Assembly: GCA_025453675.1 (NCBI GenBank) | Contig: JALOPW010000002.1 | Coordinates: forward strand, 17,913-81,912 | Source of the DNA: Methanolinea sp. | GTDB taxonomy: Archaea > Halobacteriota > Methanomicrobia > Methanomicrobiales > Methanospirillaceae | Reading direction: 5' to 3' | Length of the DNA stretch: 64,000 nucleotides | In this document: positions 57,540-64,000 of the stretch, piece after piece | Layout of the letters: the number at the start of each line of letters is the position of its first letter | Numbering within the stretch: position 1 is the first letter of the stretch | Notes under the pieces: model-generated | Database searches by the model: none | The model's input: the letters and a program-made list of their open reading frames with translations, nothing else | Told to the model about the DNA's origin: nothing | Made by a program: the position numbers and the translations under genes

Positions 57540-60377
57540 TCAAGACTCATTTCCTCCTCTCCTCCACCGCAGTACCAGGAGGGCTGCCACCAGGACCACC
57601 CCGAAGACGATAGCCACGTTGCGTATGAGCACAAAGCCGATTGCCGATGGCAGTCCTGCAGCAGGATTACCGGGGAGGGGCATCTCGCCGGGAGTCATGG
57701 TCGTGGTGGCGGTAATGGTTGCTGCCTCCTCACTGAAGGCACCAGAGACTCGCGCGGGAGCCATGGCGGCAACTTCTTCCAGCGGTCCGCTCTGTGTGGG
57801 GACTGCAGTCGGAGCAGGGGCAGCGGAACTGACAGATCCTGACCCTCCGTAGCCTCCTCCGCCTCCTCCACCGGTTGTGGTGCCGCCACTCTCCTGGCCT
57901 GACACAAACTTGGAAAGGGTGAGGTAGAACACCTGGATGGGGCTTCCAGCCCGACTGGTGGATGCCACACCGAACGTGGAGAATCCATTCGGGGATTCTG
58001 CACTGAAGTAGTCAATGTTGTGCTGAGTGTCATGATAAAGGAACGTTGCGGGCAGAACCTCACCAGACCCATCATCTGCCACCCGAATAACCCGGATACT
58101 GTCCCTCTTATATGGGAGGGTTATTGTCGTCTCGTTCGGTGTGCAACCGGGATACTCTATCCGAAGGGTGTGATCGCCGCCTTTCACTCTCTCGTCGAGC
58201 ACCACGGGGGAATACCCGATGAACTCGGAGTCCAGGTACACTCCCGCTTTATCCGGAATGGCATCGACAGTATATGTTCTCCTCCATCCATTCTGTTCAA
58301 TCCATTCCGGGTCAAGCCCGAATACCAGAGTTCCCGCAGGGCAGCCCGAGAAATTGCAATGCCCAAACTGTGCGGTGAACGCGACCCCGCAGATCCCGGA
58401 ATAATTCCCGAGGATCGAGATCTCATTGAACTTCTGGTAATCCCATGGGGTCGCATTTTCCCACAATTCTGCGTGGAATGTCCCATTTTGTGGGTATTCT
58501 GTCCCAGTTACCCTATAGGTGACGGATGAATTGTCCTCAACTTCACCATAGAAGAGAGGAGGACTCGAGATCTGCACCCCGGTGACAAAGCAGGTGAGGG
58601 AGAACTGGTCTGTCCAGGAGAAACCTTCCCCTGATGTGAAGAGTATCTTCCCGATTCCTGTATCTGACGAGGGCACTACTTCAACGGATGTATCATTGAG
58701 AACATTTACCTGGACAAGGCTCGAATTCAGGGTCAATCGCTGGAGAGATGATTCATATTCGCATGATATCCCGGGAATGTCCGGCACCATGTCATTTCTC
58801 ACTCCTTGGGGAACCATGATGCAGCCGTCGACCGAGGCGGTTGCATTCCCAAACTCGTTTCCCGTGGTCAGGGATACCCCGTAGCTCCCGGGAAGGACGT
58901 AGGTATGTTCAGGGTCTTTCTCCACGGAGGTGGTGCCATCCCCGAAATCCCAGAGATATGTGCCAGGTGTTCCGGTTGACTGGTCCGAAAACCTGACTGT
59001 GAGGGGGGCAAGTCCTTCGCACCTGTCAAATGAGAATGCAGGCGCAGGTGGACTCCCCACATATATATATCCGGGGATGTGCATACCCGACCTTTGATGG
59101 GCGGTGTGGATGAGAAGGGAGATATCATATACCCCTGCTGCAGGGTAAGTGTGCACCGGGTTCTGCTCCCTGGAAGTGCTCCCGTCCCCAAAATTCCAGA
59201 GCCACCCTGATGGACCCCCTGATGAGAGGTCAGTGAAATTCACCTGCAGGGGAACTCCTCCCTTCAGGGGGTCAGCGGTGAAGTCTGCTACTAATGGTGG
59301 ATCATCAATACCCAGTGTCACCATGTAGATGTCGAAATACCCGGTCTCGGGATCAGGTTGTTGCCAGACGACCCTTTCTCCAAAGATGGCGGGAAGACTG
59401 GGATCGGTCTGATCGATCTCCCTCTGGAGGAGCGTTGTCGAGCCCGAATCTATCTCATAAAGGAAGAGTTCATAAGAATAGTCTGAAGGGTCCTGCCCTG
59501 TCCAGACTACACGCCCATCGTGTATATCCGGTGTTCTTTCACTTGTATACTCTGTTCCAGGTGTCAGGAGGAGCGTTTCTTCGGATGTGATATTGAAGAG
59601 ATAGATATCAGAACACCAGGTGTACGGGTCTATTCGCTCATACACAAGGTATTCTCCGTCTATCGCGGGATAAAGTTCGTCCGTATCCTCTGTTCCCGGG
59701 GTAATCGGAGTAGTATTTCCATTTACCCTGGAGTAAAGGAAAATGTCATGCGTATCCGTATCGGAGTAATAACTCTGCCAGGCAATCCATGAATTTGATA
59801 TTGCAGGGTTTGTCTGGTCAGTGTCATCTGTATCAGGTGTGAGGATGGTCTCTTCTCCGGTTGCGATATCTCTTGAATAGATATCCCAACTCCCGAGACG
59901 GTGTTCCTCCCATACAACACTCCCTCTTCCAAGGTCAGGATTCCATGCCATGGTCCCGTTTCCACTCACAACGCACCACTCTTCACCTGTATCAATATCA
60001 TACAGGAGAACTCCATAGCCCAAGCCGGTATTGTGCGTCCAGGATACAAAATGGTCGAATATTGCAGGAATTTCTCCATCTGCGGGAATATAATCGGAGA
60101 TGAGGGCAGTCTCTTCTCCTGTGGAGATATTATACAGGTGCACCAATCCCGTTCCTGATGAATCGACCCATATCACTCTATCCCCGTAAATTACCGGGAA
60201 TTGTTGATGAGTCTGTCCTGATAGGACCGTCAGAAGTGTGGATGTACTGGCAACTGAAGAGGCATTACCGAATGCAGAAACCACTGAAGAGGTAAGAAAG
60301 AGCAGCAGTATCAACAGAAGAAAGAAGATACAAGGAGTGACTCCTACCTTACGAAAACGCGTGGATTCCGGCCTCAT
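57540..60377 (-). CDS. Large cell-surface protein: signal peptide, beta-propeller repeats, 2 PKD domains, PEGA-like domain, Gly run, C-terminal TM anchor
   Basis: 945 aa. About 7 repeats of the pattern P.I.G..VVW......DIYLY(D/N)I.TGEE..L, two PKD signatures (F.D.S.G....W.WDFGDG..S....P.H.Y...G.Y.V.L), YLDSEFIGYSPVVL (PEGA-like), GGGGGGGYGGSGS, and the final AIGFVLIRNVAIVFGVVLVAALLVLRWRRGG. Confidence 0.85.
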   Translation of the reverse strand: MRPESTRFRKVGVTPCIFFLLLILLLFLTSSVVSAFGNASSVASTSTLLTVLSGQTHQQFPVIYGDRVIWVDSSGTGLVHLYNISTGEETALISDYIPADGEIPAIFDHFVSWTHNTGLGYGVLLYDIDTGEEWCVVSGNGTMAWNPDLGRGSVVWEEHRLGSWDIYSRDIATGEETILTPDTDDTDQTNPAISNSWIAWQSYYSDTDTHDIFLYSRVNGNTTPITPGTEDTDELYPAIDGEYLVYERIDPYTWCSDIYLFNITSEETLLLTPGTEYTSERTPDIHDGRVVWTGQDPSDYSYELFLYEIDSGSTTLLQREIDQTDPSLPAIFGERVVWQQPDPETGYFDIYMVTLGIDDPPLVADFTADPLKGGVPLQVNFTDLSSGGPSGWLWNFGDGSTSREQNPVHTYPAAGVYDISLLIHTAHQRSGMHIPGYIYVGSPPAPAFSFDRCEGLAPLTVRFSDQSTGTPGTYLWDFGDGTTSVEKDPEHTYVLPGSYGVSLTTGNEFGNATASVDGCIMVPQGVRNDMVPDIPGISCEYESSLQRLTLNSSLVQVNVLNDTSVEVVPSSDTGIGKILFTSGEGFSWTDQFSLTCFVTGVQISSPPLFYGEVEDNSSVTYRVTGTEYPQNGTFHAELWENATPWDYQKFNEISILGNYSGICGVAFTAQFGHCNFSGCPAGTLVFGLDPEWIEQNGWRRTYTVDAIPDKAGVYLDSEFIGYSPVVLDERVKGGDHTLRIEYPGCTPNETTITLPYKRDSIRVIRVADDGSGEVLPATFLYHDTQHNIDYFSAESPNGFSTFGVASTSRAGSPIQVFYLTLSKFVSGQESGGTTTGGGGGGGYGGSGSVSSAAPAPTAVPTQSGPLEEVAAMAPARVSGAFSEEAATITATTTMTPGEMPLPGNPAAGLPSAIGFVLIRNVAIVFGVVLVAALLVLRWRRGGNES

Positions 60378-60406
60378 TCTTATTACTCCACAAATTTATC
60401 CCATTC

Positions 60407-61204
60407 TCACGGTGGTCCAGCATACGTTACTTTGGTAAAGAATGCATCCAAATCGGCAGTAGTCATGGCAAAGATGCCATTCCCAAGATTGACCGAGAAC
60501 GCTAACTGAGTTACTATTCGGGTGTTGGTATTGCAATCCCAGAGGAAATGGTTCGTGAGAGACCAATTGCCTAGCTGATCCGAATTTGGTGGAATATTCT
60601 GAAGTGAGGGATCACGAAGAACGATCTTTCCGTCACTCGATCTCTGGCCGAGGACTGTATAACAGTGATTTTGGTTCCAGGCAACCATGGGGAATTTTGT
60701 CTTTCCATCAAGACATCTACTGATAATCTGAGTCGAGAGACTGGCAGATTTTTCTTGATATGGGCACCCTGAAAGGTTTTTAAGAGCGTTGTTAGGATTA
60801 CCATCCCAGTTTACCCCGGTAAAATCACATGAGGCTGCAGGTGCCTGGTGATACGCGAGAGCGTATGCTTTCTCATATAATCCAGGCCAGATTTCCGATA
60901 AAGTCCGTGAACGTGCGCACTGATAATATGTTGGAGGATAATTTAAATCCAGAGAGAGCAATCCCGATACGTTCACTTCTTGATTATGAATCCATACTGT
61001 ATATGCTGCAGGGTCAGCCTTATTCGCTATCTGATTATCCCTTATCCTGATCTTGTTTTTTCCCAGTGTCCACGCTACAGCTGACAGCGCAGCAATGAAA
61101 CAGCAATTCGGTGGTTGACCCTGAACAGGATCGTCATACAATTCCTTGATACTCCCGGCTAATAGACTTGCGCCAGGATAAGCCTGACATAGGTAATTTG
61201 GCAT
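60407..61204 (-). CDS. Calpain-like (papain-fold, C2-type) cysteine peptidase, cytoplasmic
   Basis: QGQPPNCCFIAALSAVAW parallels calpain QG.LGDCWFLAALA (catalytic Cys). NHCYTVLG parallels HAYSVLG (His). IVLRDPS parallels (V/I)RLRNPW (Asn/Asp). There is no signal peptide. AGGGGTG lies before the ATG, and the minus strand has a TATA-like GCTATAAAG about 55 nt upstream. Confidence 0.6.
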   Translation of the reverse strand: MPNYLCQAYPGASLLAGSIKELYDDPVQGQPPNCCFIAALSAVAWTLGKNKIRIRDNQIANKADPAAYTVWIHNQEVNVSGLLSLDLNYPPTYYQCARSRTLSEIWPGLYEKAYALAYHQAPAASCDFTGVNWDGNPNNALKNLSGCPYQEKSASLSTQIISRCLDGKTKFPMVAWNQNHCYTVLGQRSSDGKIVLRDPSLQNIPPNSDQLGNWSLTNHFLWDCNTNTRIVTQLAFSVNLGNGIFAMTTADLDAFFTKVTYAGPP

Positions 61205-61531
61205 TTTTTACACCCCTTCAACATGAATGAAATGAAACGCCGTATACTGTGGCTACTTTATAGCTGAACTGTTGAATCATCTGCACCACCAACCCCCCAG
61301 TTGGATGAGTACCGACCTCTGTACTCCCGGCGTTACATCATACTCATATCACTGGTTTATAAAGGTTGTGCGCCGGTGCAGAACCAGATTTCTCTCAATT
61401 GCAGAATACCTGATCCCGATTTCACAAAAATATGGGACAGAATGAACCCGGATGAGCATACCTGAAGCAACGGAATTTTATTCTCTTTTCCGGATTTTAC
61501 ACTACAGCGAGTAAACCTTTTGTGACTTTCC

Positions 61532-61792
61532 ATGACCATCCTGATTGCTATCGATGATACCGATACCAGGGAGAGCAGGGGGACCGGGAGGTTCCGCGAG
61601 TTCATGCGGGAATCACGGGTAGACGATCTCCGGGTGGCAGGCGTGGATGAGGTGCACACTACTGGTGGCGAGACTATAAGGACCGGAATGGTCCGCCTGA
61701 AGAAATTTCCCAGGCCCAGCCTCCGGGCACACCGTGCAATTCTCTTCGTGGAGGAGGGGGATGGGTACTACCACGATGTGGTCATGGACTGA
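61532..61792 (+). CDS. Hypothetical 86-aa ORF. Its N-terminus resembles the first residues of TiaS/DUF1743 proteins.
   Basis: MTILIAIDDTDTRESRGTG... versus my remembered TiaS start (..IGIDDTDS..GMCTT). The rest is not recognisable. Coding status is uncertain. Confidence 0.3.
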   Translation: MTILIAIDDTDTRESRGTGRFREFMRESRVDDLRVAGVDEVHTTGGETIRTGMVRLKKFPRPSLRAHRAILFVEEGDGYYHDVVMD

Positions 61793-61829
61793 ATCTACCG
61801 CCCCTATTTCTAAAAATCCCTGCCCTTGC

Positions 61830-62741
61830 TCACTCCTGCATCAGGAACACCATCAGGGCTTTCTGGGCATGGAGTCGGTTCTCGGCCTCGTCAAAGACCA
61901 CGCTGAATGGTCCCTCGATCACCTCGTCCGTGACCTCCTGACCCCGGTGGGCGGGGAGGCAGTGCATGAATATCGCGTCCGGTGAGGCCAAATCCATCAG
62001 CCTGCGGTCGATGGTGAAGCCTTTGAATGCCCGGAGCCTCGCCTCGCGCTCCTTCTCGGTGCCCATCGACACCCAGGTATCCGTAGCTACCACGTGAGCG
62101 TCCTCAAGTGCGATTTTTGGGTCCCGGACCAGGGTGACCCGGCTTCCCATCCGACGTGCCGTCTCCACCAGCTTCGCAGGAGGTTCGAACCCTTTTGGAG
62201 TGGCCACAGTGATCTCCATCCCGGTGAGTATCGTGGAGAGGATGAGCGAGTTACAGACATTGTCCCCGTCTCCCACCCACCCCACACGGAGTCCCTTCCG
62301 GTCCCCGAAGTGCTCCCTGATGGTCATGATGTCGGCGAGTATCTGGCAGGGGTGTTCAAGGTCGGAAAGGCCATTGATCACCGGTATGGTCGCATAACGG
62401 GCGAACTCCTCGATAGTGGAATGACGGTACGCACGGATCATCACCCCGGACACATATCTTGACGCCACCCTGGCCGTATCCCTGATCTCCTCGCCCCTCC
62501 CGATCTGCATATCCTGGGCATTCAAAAAGAGCGCAGTTCCCCCGAGGTCAGCTATCCCGACCTCGAACGAGATCCTGGTGCGGGTGGAAGACTTCTCAAA
62601 GATCATGGCCAGGGTCTTCCCTGGCAGGAGAAGGTGGGGTATTCTCTCCTTTTTCATCCTTTTCAGGCGGCACGCCTGCTCCAGCACCTCGTCCAGTTCC
62701 TTTGATGAGAGGTCCAGGATGGAGATGATATCACGTTTCAT
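61830..62741 (-). CDS. argF: Ornithine carbamoyltransferase
   Basis: 303 aa with [17 protein letters not shown] and HCLPAHRG motifs. Confidence 0.95.
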   Translation of the reverse strand: MKRDIISILDLSSKELDEVLEQACRLKRMKKERIPHLLLPGKTLAMIFEKSSTRTRISFEVGIADLGGTALFLNAQDMQIGRGEEIRDTARVASRYVSGVMIRAYRHSTIEEFARYATIPVINGLSDLEHPCQILADIMTIREHFGDRKGLRVGWVGDGDNVCNSLILSTILTGMEITVATPKGFEPPAKLVETARRMGSRVTLVRDPKIALEDAHVVATDTWVSMGTEKEREARLRAFKGFTIDRRLMDLASPDAIFMHCLPAHRGQEVTDEVIEGPFSVVFDEAENRLHAQKALMVFLMQE

Positions 62742-64000
62742 CGCAGCTCCTTCATGTGATCGATACGCTTCTTCAGCAGGGTGGCAGAACCAATGTCCCT
62801 GCGGTGGCGCACCCGCCCTTTCACTCCCGATGCAGCGAGTTCCGCGATCTCCTCTGCCTCAGAAAGCGTCCGCCCCAGTCCTACAAAGGCAATGGTGCGG
62901 GAGGACTGGGTAGAGAGGATCCCTTCCCTCTCTTCTACATTCGCATAATAGAGGAGGGCAGGATCATAAGGCCCAAGAGAGATGGGCTGGCCGGCAACCG
63001 GAGAATCGGGATACCCCTCCGGGACAATATACTTGCACACCGTGGCTTTTTCTGCAAACCGGACCCTGCTCCGGGAGAGGGTCCCGTCTATGCTCCGCTC
63101 GATTATCCCGACGAGATCCGTCTCCAGCAGGGAGAGCACGTTCATTGCTTCCGGATCTCCGAACCTGGCATTGAACTCTATCACCATCGGTCCATCGCGG
63201 GTATTCATGAACTGCCCATAGAGTATTCCCCGATACGGGGTTCCTGCCTCATTCATGGCCGCGACTGCCGACTGCATGATCCCGAGCGCAGATCTCTGGT
63301 CATTTTCGGTGATAAAGGGGAGCCCGTGGTCGGGCATGGAATATGACCCCATCCCCCCGGTATTGGGGCCCTCATCTCCCTCGTACGCCCTCTTGTGGTC
63401 CTGCACGAGCGGCATGGGGACAAGATGAGTACCATCGGTGAATGCCTGGAGGGTGAACTCTTCTCCAATGAGCCTCTCTTCCAGCACTATGTCGGACCCA
63501 AGACTCCGGATATAGTCGACGGCGCCCCTCCGGTCCACATGCTCGCCCATGATGCGGACCCCCTTACCCCCGGTGAGCCCGATGGGCTTGACTGCCAGGT
63601 CCCCTGCATGGCCTTCCAGGAAACGGACCGCCTCGTCTGCCGTGCGAAAAACCCTGTAGCGGGGACACCCGGCAATGCCATGCCGCTCCATCATCTCCCT
63701 GCAGAAGGCCTTGTCCGTCTCGAGCCTCGCAGCAGCCCGCGTGGGGCCCATGCAGGGGACGCCCTCCGCTTCCAGCCGGTCCACCACTCCCGCTTCAAGT
63801 GGGGCCTCCGGCCCGATAATTGCATAATCTATCGATTTTTTCAGGGCAAATGCCGAAATTGCATCAATGCGCGTCTCTTTTTCGAGAAGGAGTTCCCTGC
63901 AGAGCTCCGAGATACCCGGGTTTGCACGGGCCATGACCGCATACAGTTCCGTTTCAGTGTTGCGGGACAGCGCCCGGGTGATGGCATGCTCCCTCCCTCC
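62738..64000 (-). CDS. purD: Phosphoribosylamine-glycine ligase (GAR synthetase); the 5' end extends beyond the window
   Basis: The reading frame stays open upstream of Met 63934 to the window edge and reads [12 protein letters not shown]..., the PurD N-terminal GGGREHA motif. The ATP-grasp body follows. ATGA overlap with argF. Confidence 0.9.
   Translation of the reverse strand, partial: GGREHAITRALSRNTETELYAVMARANPGISELCRELLLEKETRIDAISAFALKKSIDYAIIGPEAPLEAGVVDRLEAEGVPCMGPTRAAARLETDKAFCREMMERHGIAGCPRYRVFRTADEAVRFLEGHAGDLAVKPIGLTGGKGVRIMGEHVDRRGAVDYIRSLGSDIVLEERLIGEEFTLQAFTDGTHLVPMPLVQDHKRAYEGDEGPNTGGMGSYSMPDHGLPFITENDQRSALGIMQSAVAAMNEAGTPYRGILYGQFMNTRDGPMVIEFNARFGDPEAMNVLSLLETDLVGIIERSIDGTLSRSRVRFAEKATVCKYIVPEGYPDSPVAGQPISLGPYDPALLYYANVEEREGILSTQSSRTIAFVGLGRTLSEAEEIAELAASGVKGRVRHRRDIGSATLLKKRIDHMKELR

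Noticed and set aside
57846-57885. CCT/CCG/CCA-rich low-complexity DNA that looks like a microsatellite.
   Set aside because: It is the antisense of GGN codons encoding the Gly run of the surface protein. It is coding low complexity, not an independent tandem repeat locus.
1-64000. I looked for CRISPR arrays, rRNA genes, transposases/integrases, inteins in atpA, and in-frame TAG/TGA recoding.
   Set aside because: I saw no regularly spaced direct repeats of 25-40 nt, no rRNA-like segments and no transposase or integrase motifs. atpA (588 aa) has normal length. Apart from the cimA start, every called gene is a single uninterrupted ORF, so no recoding is needed. This visual scan could miss degenerate elements.

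Overview
This is a 64-kb piece of an archaeal chromosome. Gene content points to a methanogen of the Methanomicrobia, probably Methanomicrobiales-like: a thermosome, a complete A1AO ATP synthase operon (atpH-I-K-E-C-F-A-B-D), membrane LonB, Nob1, an FTR-rubredoxin fusion and a candidate methanogenesis marker 14. G+C is high by eye (about 55-60%). I call about 70 protein genes and one tRNA-Ser(CGA). I found no rRNA, CRISPR array, transposase or integrase. Backbone genes: purH (3' end), cimA-ilvB-ilvN, a small glycosylation cluster, thermosome, the prs-rtcA-nob1-gfcR-like operon, lonB-tldD-pmbA-bofA, the ATP synthase operon, pgk, adenine deaminase, a response regulator and histidine kinase pair, beta-carbonic anhydrase, argF and purD (5' end runs off the window). 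Items worth a second look: (1) a pilin-less type-IV-pilus-like ATPase and platform pair, divergently paired with two overlapping KaiC-like genes, one of which has lost its Walker A lysine; (2) a co-directional cluster whose first two genes are low in G+C: calpain-like cysteine protease, a 945-aa beta-propeller/PKD/PEGA surface protein and two HEAT-repeat membrane paralogs; (3) a dispersed, structured intergenic repeat family in three intergenic regions (four copies or fragments), with a G/C-rich perfect hairpin core that overlaps G-quadruplex-type G tracts; (4) a second 45-nt hairpin motif present twice; (5) a tightly packed four-gene protease operon; (6) an apparent +1 frameshift at the 5' end of cimA. 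All family names come from motif recognition by eye and memory. No database search was possible.
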